Positions 10,914-22,938 of a DNA stretch of 50,633 nt are shown piece after piece. The position numbers and the translations under genes are program-made. Positions within the stretch are counted from its first letter, which is position 1; each line of letters begins with the position of its first letter. Origin of the DNA: Solirubrobacterales bacterium (GTDB lineage: Bacteria > Actinomycetota > Thermoleophilia > Solirubrobacterales > 70-9); assembly GCA_013821475.1 (NCBI GenBank), contig JACDGU010000001.1:1-50633 (forward strand), written 5' to 3'. A model generated the notes under the pieces. That model saw nothing but the letters and a program-made list of their open reading frames with translations. It had not been told where the DNA came from and did not search any database.

Positions 10914-12020
10914 CTAGCTGGAGAGCTCCTCCAGCACCGCGGCGGTCATCTCCGCGGTCCCGACCTCGACCTCCTGGGGCACGTCGCTCAGCGGCGGCGG
11001 CGCGACGGTCCCGGAGGCGAGGTCGGGGGTGCGCAGGCCGCGTTCGAGCACGGCGTCGACCGCGATCTCGATCCGCACCGCCTCCTCGGCCCGGCCGAAG
11101 CCGTGGCGCAGCATCATCGCCACCGAGAGGAAGGTTGCGAGCGGGTTGGCGACGCCCTTGCCGGCGATGTCGGGGGCCGAGCCGTGGACCGGCTCGAACA
11201 GGCCGGGGGCACCGTCGGCGCCGAGGCTGGCGGAGGGCAGCATCCCCAGCGAGCCGGTCAGCATCGCCGCCTCGTCGCTGAGGATGTCGCCGAACAGGTT
11301 CTCGGTGACGATCACGTCGAAATCGGCCGGGCGCGAGACCAGCTGCATCGCCGCGTTGTCGACCAGCAGGTGGTCGAGCTTCACGTCCGGGTAGTCGGGG
11401 GCGACGCGGCCGACCACCTCGCGCCAGAGGCGGGAGGTCTCGAGCACGTTGGCCTTGTCGACCGAGGTGACCTTGGGCTCGCGGCCCGAGATCTCGGCCC
11501 GGCGGCGGGCGGCCTCGAAGGCGATGCGGGTGATGCGGTCGATTTCCTCGGCCGTGTACTCGCACGTGTCGTGGGCGGAATCCCCGTCGCGGCCGGAGTC
11601 GCCGAAGTAGATGCCGCCGGTCAGCTCGCGGACGACCAGTAGATCGGTGCCGGCGATCCGCTCCTCGCGCAGCGGGCTGGCGCCGACCAGGGCCGGGCTC
11701 GGGCGCACCGGGCGCAGGTTGGCGAACAGTCCCATCCCCTTGCGCAGGCCAAGCAGGCCCTGCTCGGGGCGCGGCGCATCTGGGTCGGTGGTGTCCCATT
11801 TGGGGCCGCCGACGGCGCCGAGCAGGACTGCGTCGGCCGCCTCGCAGGCGTCGAGGACATCGTCGGTGAGGGCGATGCCGTGCTCGTCGATCGAGCAGCC
11901 GCCCATCAGGCGGCGGTCGAACTCGAACTCGCCCAGCGACTCGAGCAACTCGATCGCGGCGCCGACGATTTCTGGGCCGACGCCGTCACCGGCGAGCACG
12001 ACTATGCGGGGCGTGCTCAC
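10914..12020 (-). CDS. leuB: 3-isopropylmalate dehydrogenase
   Basis: 368 aa of the isocitrate/isopropylmalate dehydrogenase family ([26 protein letters not shown]). Confidence 0.93.
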   Translation of the reverse strand: MSTPRIVVLAGDGVGPEIVGAAIELLESLGEFEFDRRLMGGCSIDEHGIALTDDVLDACEAADAVLLGAVGGPKWDTTDPDAPRPEQGLLGLRKGMGLFANLRPVRPSPALVGASPLREERIAGTDLLVVRELTGGIYFGDSGRDGDSAHDTCEYTAEEIDRITRIAFEAARRRAEISGREPKVTSVDKANVLETSRLWREVVGRVAPDYPDVKLDHLLVDNAAMQLVSRPADFDVIVTENLFGDILSDEAAMLTGSLGMLPSASLGADGAPGLFEPVHGSAPDIAGKGVANPLATFLSVAMMLRHGFGRAEEAVRIEIAVDAVLERGLRTPDLASGTVAPPPLSDVPQEVEVGTAEMTAAVLEELSS

Positions 12021-12153
12021 GCGACGAGACTCTACGACCTAGGCGGCAGCGATGGCGTCGATGTTGAGGCGGAGGCGGACGTGGCGCAGGCTGAACCGAT
12101 CCCCCACCGCCTCGAGGACGTCGGCGAGGAAACGCTCGTGCAGCCGCCGGCCA

Positions 12154-12717
12154 TCAGATCGCCGTCGTAACCGGGCCGCGGTCGGCGCCGCCGCCCTGCT
12201 CGAAGGTGTCGATCGCGGCTCCGTTCTCGAGCGTGATCCCGATGTCGTCGAGGCCGTTCAGCAGCCGGTATTTGACGTCGGATTCGACCGCGAACTCGAA
12301 GACGCCGGCGGCACAGGTCACGGTCTCGTCGTCGACGTCGATCCGCGCCTCGCCCGCCTCGGCTACCGCGCGGCAGTGCTCCTCGTCGAGGATCGCCGGC
12401 AGCAGGCCGATCTTGGTGCAGTTGGCGTAGAAGATGTCGGCGAAGGACGGGGCGATGATCGCCTGGAAGCCGAAGTCCTCCAATGCCCAGGGGGCGTGCT
12501 CGCGGGAGGAGCCGCAGCCGAAGTTGCGCCCGGCGACCAGGATCGGGTTTGGCTCGAGCTCGATCTCGCCGTCGCGGATCCAGTCGTAGAAGAGGAACTC
12601 GCCAAAGCCGGTCCGCTCGACCCGCTTGAGGAACTGCTTGGGGATGATCTGGTCGGTGTCCACGTCGGCCCGATCCAGGACCGAGACCTTGCCCTCGACT
12701 ACGTCAATTGGCCTCAT
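12154..12717 (-). CDS. leuD: 3-isopropylmalate dehydratase small subunit
   Basis: Starts at MRPIDVVEG (ATG 12717), 2 nt downstream of the leuC stop. The aconitase swivel-domain pattern is present (GRNFGCGSSREHAPWAL). The upstream part of the 12154..13647 ORF is an off-frame shadow of leuC. Confidence 0.9.
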   Translation of the reverse strand: MRPIDVVEGKVSVLDRADVDTDQIIPKQFLKRVERTGFGEFLFYDWIRDGEIELEPNPILVAGRNFGCGSSREHAPWALEDFGFQAIIAPSFADIFYANCTKIGLLPAILDEEHCRAVAEAGEARIDVDDETVTCAAGVFEFAVESDVKYRLLNGLDDIGITLENGAAIDTFEQGGGADRGPVTTAI

Positions 12718-12719
12718 GA

Positions 12720-14105
12720 TCAGCTCCAGTCTCTGATGTCGACGAAACGTCCCTCGATGGCGGCCGCGGCGGCCATCTTCGGGCTGACCAGGTGGGTGCG
12801 CCCACCCTTGCCCTGCCGGCCCTCGAAGTTGCGGTTCGAGGTCGATGCGCAGCGCTCGCCCTCGGCCAGCGTGTCCGGGTTCATCCCCAGGCACATCGAG
12901 CAGCCCGCCTCGCGCCATTCGAAGCCGGCGCCGCGGAAGACATCGTGCAGCCCCTCCGCTTCGGCAGCGGCTTTGACCTGTTGGGAGCCAGGTACGACCA
13001 TCGCCCGGATCGAGCTCGCGACCTGGCGGCCGTCGACGACCTCGGCGGCCTCGCGCAGATCCTCTATCCGCGAGTTGGTGCAGGAGCCGATGAAGACCCG
13101 GTCCGGCGCCACCTCGGTCATCGGGGTGCCGGGCTTCAGGTCCATGTAGGTGAGGGCGCGTTCGGCGGTTTCGCGGTCGGCCGGGGACTCCAGCGCCGCC
13201 GGGTCGGGGACGGTGTCGGTGACCTCGACGACCATCCCGGGGTTGGTCCCCCAGGTGACCATCGGAGAGATCGCCGAGGCGTCGACCTCGATCTCCTGAT
13301 CGAAGCTCGCGCCCTCGTCGGTCGGCAGCTCGCGCCAGCGGGCGACGGCGGCGTCGAAGTCCTGCGGGGCGCCGGGGCGCCCGCGGACCCACTCGAAAGT
13401 GGTCTCGTCCGGCGCGATCATGCCGGCGCGCCCGCCTCCCTCGATCGTCATGTTGCAGATCGTCATCCGGCCGTGCATCTCCAGCGACTCGATCGCCGGA
13501 CCCGCATACTCGACCGCGTGGCCGGTCATGCCGCCGGTGCCGAGACGGCCGATCGTCGCCAGGATCAGGTCCTTGGGAGTGACCCCGGCGCCGAGCTCGC
13601 CGCCGTAAGTGATCCGCATCGTCTTCGGCCGCTTCTGAACCAGGCACTGGGTTGCCATCACGTGCTCGACCTCGGAGGTGCCGATGCCGAAGGCCAGCGC
13701 CCCGAAGGCGCCGTGGGTCGAGGTGTGGCTGTCGCCGCAGACGATCGTCATGCCGGGCTGGGTGACGCCCAGCTCCGGGCCGATCACGTGGACGATGCCC
13801 TGACGGTCGGAGCCCAGCGAGTAGATCGGGATGCCGAACTCCTCGCAGTTGCGCTCCAGGGTTTCGACCTGGATCCGGGAGAGCTCATCGGCGATCAGAC
13901 GCGCCGCCATAGTGCCGTCGGTGGGCGTGTTGTGGTCGGCGGTGGCAAGGGTCTTGTCGGTGCGGCGGACGCCGCGGCCTGCCAGGCGCAGTCCGTCGAA
14001 GGCCTGCGGCGAGGTCACCTCGTGGATCAGGTGCAGGTCGATGTAGATCAACCCGTCGGAGACCTCGTGGGCCCCCCAGATCTTCTCGAACATGTTGTTG
14101 GGCAT
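12720..14105 (-). CDS. leuC: 3-isopropylmalate dehydratase large subunit
   Basis: 461 aa of the aconitase family with Cys ligand motifs ([22 protein letters not shown]). Confidence 0.93.
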   Translation of the reverse strand: MPNNMFEKIWGAHEVSDGLIYIDLHLIHEVTSPQAFDGLRLAGRGVRRTDKTLATADHNTPTDGTMAARLIADELSRIQVETLERNCEEFGIPIYSLGSDRQGIVHVIGPELGVTQPGMTIVCGDSHTSTHGAFGALAFGIGTSEVEHVMATQCLVQKRPKTMRITYGGELGAGVTPKDLILATIGRLGTGGMTGHAVEYAGPAIESLEMHGRMTICNMTIEGGGRAGMIAPDETTFEWVRGRPGAPQDFDAAVARWRELPTDEGASFDQEIEVDASAISPMVTWGTNPGMVVEVTDTVPDPAALESPADRETAERALTYMDLKPGTPMTEVAPDRVFIGSCTNSRIEDLREAAEVVDGRQVASSIRAMVVPGSQQVKAAAEAEGLHDVFRGAGFEWREAGCSMCLGMNPDTLAEGERCASTSNRNFEGRQGKGGRTHLVSPKMAAAAAIEGRFVDIRDWS

Positions 14106-14117
14106 CTGGTCCTCCTC

Positions 14118-14747
14118 CTAGCCGCGTCTTAAACCGGCGGCGATTACGGCGATGAACCGGGTCGGCTCCTCGCCATCGTTCTCGAAATGGTGCGGCAGGT
14201 CGGCGTCGAAAGTGACGCTGTCCCCTTGCGGAAGCTCGTAGCGGGTGCCGTCGACGACCAGCGCCAGGGTGCCGGCAAGGACGACCGCGGTCTCGCGGCT
14301 GCCGGGCTCGTGCATCGGCGGGTCGGTGCGGCCGCCGGTGGTGGCGCCGGGCTGCAGCATGTGCAGCGAGACGTCGGCGCGCAGGCCGGGCATCGGCGGC
14401 GTCAGCTCCTCGAAGCTGTGGCCGCCGCGGGTGTTGTGGCGGCGACCGCTGGCGCGGCTGACGGCGACGTGCTGGCCCTCGTCGAGCCGCAACAGCTGCG
14501 AGAGCGTCAGCTCCAGGCCGGCGGCGATCTTGGCGGCGACCGCCAGGGTCGGACTGGTCTCGCCGCGCTCGACCTGCGAGAGCATCGGCGCGCTGACGCC
14601 CGAGCGCTCGGCCAGGTCGCGCAGCGAGAAGCCCATCGCGTCGCGCAGGGCGCGGATGCGGGGGCCGGCGGTGGAGGGGGTGTCGACCCGCGCGGTAATA
14701 CCGGCGGATACGTCCTTGGGCTGGGTCGTTTGGGTGGTTGGGGGCAT
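14118..14747 (-). CDS. XRE-family HTH transcriptional regulator with a C-terminal cupin domain
   Basis: 209 aa with an HTH_3 pattern (LRDLAERSGVSAPMLSQVERGETSPTL) followed by a cupin_2-like C-terminus. Its stop is only 12 nt upstream of the leuC start. Confidence 0.8.
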   Translation of the reverse strand: MPPTTQTTQPKDVSAGITARVDTPSTAGPRIRALRDAMGFSLRDLAERSGVSAPMLSQVERGETSPTLAVAAKIAAGLELTLSQLLRLDEGQHVAVSRASGRRHNTRGGHSFEELTPPMPGLRADVSLHMLQPGATTGGRTDPPMHEPGSRETAVVLAGTLALVVDGTRYELPQGDSVTFDADLPHHFENDGEEPTRFIAVIAAGLRRG

Positions 14748-14824
14748 CGGGTGGGGTGTACGTTATCACGGACGTTTGTAATGCACTCGCCGCTCCCCTG
14801 CCGGGACGCGTTGCTGGCAACTGC

Positions 14825-14882
14825 CCCGTCGAGCAATCCCCGGAACCGCCATCAGGTGTGGTTCCGGGGATTGCTCGACGGG
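14825..14882 (-). repeat. perfect 23-bp inverted repeat (hairpin) spanning the DUF559 stop codon
   Basis: 14825-14847 pairs perfectly with 14860-14882, core CCGTCGAGCAATCCCCGGAACC / GGTTCCGGGGATTGCTCGACGG, with a 12-nt loop that contains the TGA (14852-14854). No U-tract follows. Confidence 0.8.
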
Positions 14883-15805
14883 CGCGAGAGGAGGGAGCGG
14901 AGGTCTTTGGCGAGGACCGAGGGTTCGTCGTCTAGCTGGGACCAGGTGATGCGGGTGACGTCGTAGCCGGCGACTCGGAGGGCTCGGTCGCGGGAACGGT
15001 CGCCGTCGAAGGCGGCGCGGGTGCCGTGTCCCTCCCAGCCGTCGAGCTCGACGACGTTCATCGTCTCCGGCCAGAGGCAATCGACCTGGACCATGCCCTC
15101 GGGGAGCTGGATCCAGGCGTTCAACTGTGGGCGCGGCAGACGGTGACCATCGAGGAAGGGCAGGAAGCGTTCCTCGAGGGGGCTGCGGGTGCGCCCAGGG
15201 CGTTCGGACCGGCGAGCCAGTGCCGTCCGGATCGCGCGGGCGCCGCGGCGACCCGGATAGCGCTCGAGGAGGTCGTGGAGCGAGAGGCGATCGTGCAGTC
15301 GCAGGTATTCGGATTGCCGCAGAGCGCTCTCGACCTGCTCCGGCGGCCCGGTTGCCGCGAGGTCGAAAACCGTGCGAGGGACGGTGGTGACCGGGATTCC
15401 GAGTTCGACCGTGATCTCATCCGCGGGCAGGGTCGCCAAATGCCGTCGGATCAGGACTGAAGAGCGACTTCTGCTGGGCAGGGTGACGTCGATTGGGCCT
15501 CGAGTCATGGGCCGTATCTCCCAGAGCGCAGCCGCGGAACGGTGGCTGAGCACCGCATCAGGCCCGCACGCAAGCACGGCGGCCATCCATCCGGCCTCCT
15601 TGGTGAGCGCCTCATGGCCTACGGCGTAGACACCCCAATGCAGGCGGTGCAATCTCCCGGCACGGAGGCGCCGGCCGATCGCACCGGGCCCAAGTCCGAG
15701 CCCCCCGAGTTGCCAACGCCCCACCACCCCGTGCTGAGTCCCCGCAATCGCGGCAATTCGCGCATCCACTCCGCGAGTTCGCACTTGCGTCCGCATATCG
15801 GACAT
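14852..15805 (-). CDS. DUF559 (Vsr-like PD-(D/E)XK endonuclease fold) protein with an AbiEi_4-like N-terminal wHTH domain
   Basis: 317 aa. The N-terminus (GVVGRWQL..LG.....I.RRLRAGRLHRLHWGVYAVG) and the C-terminus (VVELDGWEGHGTRAAFDGDRSRDRALRVAGYDVTRITWSQL) match the common actinobacterial DUF559 architecture. Confidence 0.8.
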   Translation of the reverse strand: MSDMRTQVRTRGVDARIAAIAGTQHGVVGRWQLGGLGLGPGAIGRRLRAGRLHRLHWGVYAVGHEALTKEAGWMAAVLACGPDAVLSHRSAAALWEIRPMTRGPIDVTLPSRSRSSVLIRRHLATLPADEITVELGIPVTTVPRTVFDLAATGPPEQVESALRQSEYLRLHDRLSLHDLLERYPGRRGARAIRTALARRSERPGRTRSPLEERFLPFLDGHRLPRPQLNAWIQLPEGMVQVDCLWPETMNVVELDGWEGHGTRAAFDGDRSRDRALRVAGYDVTRITWSQLDDEPSVLAKDLRSLLSRPSSNPRNHT

Positions 15806-15820
15806 AAGCGCGAACTCGCG
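15772..15820 (-). repeat. ~49-nt imperfect palindromic element, copy 1; spans the DUF559 start codon
   Basis: The minus strand reads CGCGAGTTCGCGCTTATGTCCGATATGCGGACGCAAGTGCGAACTCGCG, with arms of 11+3+5 bp around a 5-nt loop. About 80 percent identical to copy 2 at 31341-31388. Confidence 0.75.
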
Positions 15821-15841
15821 GAGGATCTCCCCCCGGTCGGA

Positions 15842-17428
<1,587 letters not shown>

Positions 17429-17494
17429 GGGACCTCTCCTTCTCGACTCGAATCGAATGGCCTCTGTCTCTCGCGGCTATCGCGCCGCCCAGCG

Positions 17495-17554
17495 TTATTC
17501 CCCCCGAGGGGGGAGGAGAAGGAGCAGTGCGGGGCTGGCGATGCGGAGCGTCAT
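17495..17554 (-). promoter_or_regulatory. candidate leu leader peptide ORF (MTLRIASPALLLLLPPRGE) upstream of leuA
   Basis: ATG at 17554 is preceded by GGAG 4 nt upstream. The 19 codons include five consecutive Leu codons (CTG CTC CTT CTC CTC). TAA lies at 17497-17495, 66 nt before the leuA ATG. A CCCCCC..GGGGGG hairpin overlaps the 3' end of the ORF. Confidence 0.5.
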
Positions 17555-17576
17555 TCGGCTCCGAACCTTAGCGTAG

Positions 17577-18397
17577 GCTGCCCCGATCGCAAAGCCGGAA
17601 CGCACCAACTGGCTGGCTCTCGCCGCGATGGGAATGGCGGTCGTCGTGATCGCCAACGACTTCTCCGCGATCAACGTCGCACTGCCGACGATGGAGAAGG
17701 ACTTCGACACGAACATCAACACGATCCAGTGGGTCGTCAACGCCTACGCGCTGACCTTCGGGGTCATGATCGTCACCGGCGGCCGGGGGCGGACATGTTC
17801 GGCCGCCGCAATGCCTTCTTTTTCGGCACCGCGATCTTCGCCTCGATGTCGGCCCTGGGCGGGGCGGCGCAGACGGAGACCTGGCTGATCGCGACGCGGA
17901 CGCTGATGGGGATCGGCGGGGCGCTGATGTGGCCGGCGATCCTCGGCATGACCTTCGCGATCCTGCCCGCAGAGAAGGCCGGCCCGGCCGGCGGGATCAT
18001 CCTCGGCGCCGCCGGCCTGGGCAACGCGATCGGGCCGCTGATCGGGGGCGTCCTCACCGACCTCGCCAGCTGGCGCTGGATCTTCTTCCTCAACGTCCCG
18101 ATCTCGATCTTCGCCGTCGCCGTCGCCAGCGACCACGGCCGGCGTCACCTCCGTCGACAGCTCCCAGACCAGCCTTGCCGGCGGCATCGTCTACATGTTC
18201 CAGATCGCCGGCGGCTCGATCGGGCTGGGATTGACGACGACGATCTTCTCGGCCGCGATTCCGCCCTTCGTCGATGGCATCCGCGCCGGCTTCCGGCTCG
18301 ACGCCGCACTCTCCCTGGTCGGCCTGCTGATCGCCGTCCTCTTCATCGGCGGCCGCGCCTTCACGCGCTCGCCGCCGCCGCAGAGCGCCGGCTGACC
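17577..18397 (+). pseudogene. decayed MFS (DHA2/EmrB-QacA type) transporter with a frameshift and a large internal deletion
   Basis: TM1-2 lie in frame 3 (MGMAVVVIANDFSAINVALPTMEKDF..NAYALTFGVMIVTGGR). The sequence continues in frame 2 after a 1-nt loss in the run near 17783 (ADMFGRRNAFFFGTAIF...FLNVPISIFAVAVA). It then jumps back to frame 3 near 18130, directly into the C-terminal helices (SLAGGIVYMFQIAGGSIGLGLTTTIFS...). About 250 codons are left where roughly 480-520 are expected. Confidence 0.75.
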
Positions 18398-18418
18398 CCG
18401 GTCTCCTTCGCGCCACGG

Positions 18419-18443
18419 CTGCGCGCGCGGCGGCCCCGCGCAG
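18419..18443. terminator. GC-rich hairpin between the convergent MFS pseudogene and the RTX-repeat gene
   Basis: CTGCGCG (18419-18425) pairs with CGCGCAG (18437-18443). An alternative 6-bp register exists. No clear U-tract. Confidence 0.3.
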
Positions 18444-18446
18444 TAT

Positions 18447-19013
18447 TCAGCCGCCGAGCGGGCCGACCGAGATTTCGTTCGTCCCGGTGCCGCCGAGCAT
18501 CCTGTTCTGACCGGGGCCGCCGTAGAGCGTGTCGTCGCCGGAGCCGCCAACCAGCTTGTCGTCGCCGGACCCTCCGGAGATCCAGTCGTCGCCGGCGCGG
18601 CCGACCAGGACGTCGTTGCCAGGGCCGCCGATCAGTTTGTCGTTGCCGGCGGCGCCGACGAGCTTGTCGTCGCCGCCACCGCCGCGCAGGGTCACCGGCA
18701 CCGGGACTTCGTGGCCGACGCTCACCACGTCGTCGCCGGCTCCGGCGTTGACTTCGAAGCCGGCGATCGGGGCCGTTTCGCAGAACAGTTCGTCGGGGTT
18801 GCCCGCCGGATGCGTGCAGACGCCGCCGCCGACTTCGAGCGCGGCGATCGAGGCGATCGTGTAGCTGCGGCCGTCGGGGCTGAGCCCGATCGTGATCCCG
18901 TCGGCTTCCGCGGCGCCGGCAAGGACGATCGTCAGCGACCGTTCGCCCGCGTGGGCGACCGAAGCGAAGCTTGCCACCAGCACGGTGAGCGCGATCAGGA
19001 TCGTCTTTTTCAT
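18447..19013 (-). CDS. secreted calcium-binding protein with hemolysin-type (RTX) nonapeptide repeats
   Basis: 188 aa with a Sec signal peptide (MKKTILIALTVLVASFASVAHA). The C-terminal half carries consecutive GGxGxDxLx repeats (GGGGDDKLVGAAGNDKLIGGPGNDVLVGRAGDDWISGGSGDDKLVGGSGDDTLYGGPG). Confidence 0.75.
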   Translation of the reverse strand: MKKTILIALTVLVASFASVAHAGERSLTIVLAGAAEADGITIGLSPDGRSYTIASIAALEVGGGVCTHPAGNPDELFCETAPIAGFEVNAGAGDDVVSVGHEVPVPVTLRGGGGDDKLVGAAGNDKLIGGPGNDVLVGRAGDDWISGGSGDDKLVGGSGDDTLYGGPGQNRMLGGTGTNEISVGPLGG

Positions 19014-19050
19014 CTCAGGGTCTTTTCGGCCCCGAACGTCCAGGGCACAA

Positions 19051-20082
19051 CTACGGCAACAACACGACCTTGCCGACGTTGCGGCGCTGGGCGATGAATT
19101 CGTGTGCGTCGCCGGCCCGGTCGAAGGGGAACGCCTCGGCCACCACCGGGTCGATCCGTGCCGCCTCGAGGTCGGCGAGCAGCGGTGCGGTAACGCGGTC
19201 GAGGTTGCCCTCGCGATCCCACCAGCTCAACATGTTGAGTCCGAAGATCCCTTTGTTCTCATTCATCAGCGAGAGGCTCTTCCACCAGGGCATCGTCGCC
19301 AGCGGCATCGCCAGCAGGCTCTTCACCGCGGTGGGGATGCTGCGAGCCCCGGAGACCGACGCCTCCGAGAGGCCGAACATCACCATCCGGCCACCGGAGC
19401 GCAGTAGCCGGTAGTCCTTGCGGAAGGAGGCGGGTCCGATCGCGTCGATCACCAGGTCGACGCCCTCGCCGCCTGTGATCCGCATCGTCTCGGCCTCGAA
19501 GTCCTGACTGCGGTAGTCGATCGCGTGGGTCACGCCCTGGGCGCGGATCGCATCGTGCTTGCCCGGCGAGGCGGTACCGAAAATCTCGGCACCGACGTTG
19601 CGGCCGATCTGGGTGGCGGCGATGCCGACACCCCCGGCGGCGGCGTGGATCAGCAGCCGGTCGCTCTCGCGCAGGCCGCCCATCAGAATCAGCGCCGCGT
19701 AGGCGGTTCCGTAGTTGACCGGGAAGGCGGCTCCCTGCTCGAAGCTGAGGCGATCCGGCAACGGCAGCACCTGCCCGGCGGGGACCACGGCGAGCTCGGC
19801 CTGGCCGCCGAAGCGGGTCCCGGCCATCACCCGGTCGCCTGGGGCGATGGCACTCACGCCCTCCCCCACCGACTCGATCTCTCCGGCCACCTCGTAGCCG
19901 AGCACGCAGGGCGTCTTCGGCGCGTCGGGGTAGAGACCGACGCGGGCCATCGTGTCGGCGAAGTTGATCCCGGCGGCGCGCACCGCAATCCGCACCTCCC
20001 CCGGTCCGGCCACGGGATCTGGCCGCTCCTGAACCTGGAGCACCTCAGGACCTCCCGTCCCCGTCAGTACGACCGCCCGCAT
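19051..20082 (-). CDS. zinc-type alcohol dehydrogenase / NADPH:quinone oxidoreductase family protein (MDR superfamily)
   Basis: 343 aa with a GroES-like N-terminus (VLGYEVAGEIESVGEGV) and a Rossmann motif (AAAGGVG). Confidence 0.8.
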   Translation of the reverse strand: MRAVVLTGTGGPEVLQVQERPDPVAGPGEVRIAVRAAGINFADTMARVGLYPDAPKTPCVLGYEVAGEIESVGEGVSAIAPGDRVMAGTRFGGQAELAVVPAGQVLPLPDRLSFEQGAAFPVNYGTAYAALILMGGLRESDRLLIHAAAGGVGIAATQIGRNVGAEIFGTASPGKHDAIRAQGVTHAIDYRSQDFEAETMRITGGEGVDLVIDAIGPASFRKDYRLLRSGGRMVMFGLSEASVSGARSIPTAVKSLLAMPLATMPWWKSLSLMNENKGIFGLNMLSWWDREGNLDRVTAPLLADLEAARIDPVVAEAFPFDRAGDAHEFIAQRRNVGKVVLLP

Positions 20083-20113
20083 CTGATCACCCTAAACCTC
20101 AGAGGACCTCGGA

Positions 20114-21693
20114 TCAAAGGTCGACGGAGCGGCCGACGGAAAATCCCTCGAGGGCGAGGATCTTCTCGATCGTCTCGGCCCGCACCGGCGCGTCGGTGGT
20201 CAGCGCCATCACCGCGCTCTCGCCTTCGTGCTCGGCGCCGACCGCGGCGGAGACGATGTTGACCCCCTCTTCGCCGAACAGGGTGCCCACCCGGCCGATC
20301 ATCCCCGGCTGATCGGCGTAACGGAAGACCGAGATGTGGCTGGCGAAGGGCAGGTAGAAGCCCTCGCCCCAGGCGGACACCAGATAGGGCTCGTTGCGGG
20401 GACCGACGCTGGTTCCCGCGACCTCGACCTCGCCGTTCGCGTGGTGGACGCGGACGGTGACGAGCTCGGTGAAGTCCTCGGTGCTGGCGTCCTTGGTCTC
20501 GATCAGCTCGATCCCCCGCTCCTCGGCCATCTGCGGCGCGTTGACGAGGTTGACCGGCTCCTCGGTGTGGCCGGAAAGGATCCCGACCAGCACGGCGATC
20601 CCGAGCAGGCGGGTGTCGTGGGAGGCGATTCGGCCGCGAAATTCTGCGGTGACGCTCTCGACCGAGGCGTCGCCGAGACCCTGAGCAAGGCGGCCGAGCT
20701 TTTCGCAGAGCGGTACGAACGGAGCCAGGGCTTCCATGGCCTCCGGTCGCACGGCGGCGATGTTGACCGCGTTGGTGACGACGCCACCGGTCAGCGCCGC
20801 GGTCACCTGCTCGGCGGTGACGACGCCGGCGCGGTCCTGGGCCTCCGCCGTCGAGGCGCCCAGGTGCGGGGTGACGACGACGTCGTCGCGGGCGAAGATC
20901 GGGTGCTCGGTGAACGGCTCTGACGGGAAGACGTCGAGCGCGGCGCCGCCGAGCTTGCCGGACTCGAGCCCGGCGAGCAGGTCGTCGAGGTCGATCAGCT
21001 CGCCGCGGGCGCAGTTGACGACCATCGCCCCGTCCTTCATCAGGGCGATCGCCTCGGCGTCGATCAGGTTGATCGTGTCCGGGGTCTTGGGCACGTGCAG
21101 GGTGACGAGGTCGGCGCGGCCGAGCAGCTCCTCGACGCTCTCGACCCCCTCGACGCCGAGCTCCCGGAAGCGCTCAGCGGAGACGAACTTGTCGAAGGCG
21201 AGGACGTCCATCTCGAAGCTCTGGGCGCGCTTGGCGACGAGCTGGCCGATGCGGCCGAAGCCGATCACGCCGAGCGTCTTGCCGTAGAGCTCGGAGCCCT
21301 TGAACTTAGCCCGGTCCCAACGGCCGGCGACCAGCGAGCCGTGCGCCTGAGGGACATTGCGGACCAGCGAGAGCGCCAGCGCCAGGGTGTGCTCGGCGGC
21401 GGCGACCGAGTTCGACTCGGGTGCGTTGGCGACGATGATGCCGCGGCGGGTGGCGGCCGGGATGTCGACGTTGTCGACGCCGGTGCCGGCGCGGCCGATC
21501 ACCTTCAGGTTGGTCGCCAGCTCGATCAGCTCCGGCGTCATCTTCGTCGCCGAGCGGATCAGGATCGCGTCATAGGTGCCGATCTTCTCGCGCAACTCAT
21601 CGTCGGACATCTCGAGGCCGAGGTCGACGTCGAAGTTGGCCTTCAGCAGGTCGACGCCGGTGTCAGCGATCTTCTCCTTGACCAGGACCTTCA

Positions 21694-21694
<1 letters not shown>
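20114..21694 (-). CDS. serA: D-3-phosphoglycerate dehydrogenase (long form with ASB and ACT domains)
   Basis: Starts at [17 protein letters not shown] (ATG 21694), overlapping the serC TGA (ATGA). It has a 2-hydroxyacid dehydrogenase core ([13 protein letters not shown]) and a C-terminal ACT domain. The upstream 400 codons of the 20114..22924 ORF are a shadow of serC. Confidence 0.92.
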
Positions 21695-22848
<1,154 letters not shown>

Positions 22849-22938
22849 TTATTGACCGCCGCCGGTGGACTTGGCGCCGAGGCCGAGGGTAGGCTGGCGC
22901 CGCGGTTGCCTGGGGACCTTCCAAGACGAGGGAGAAGC

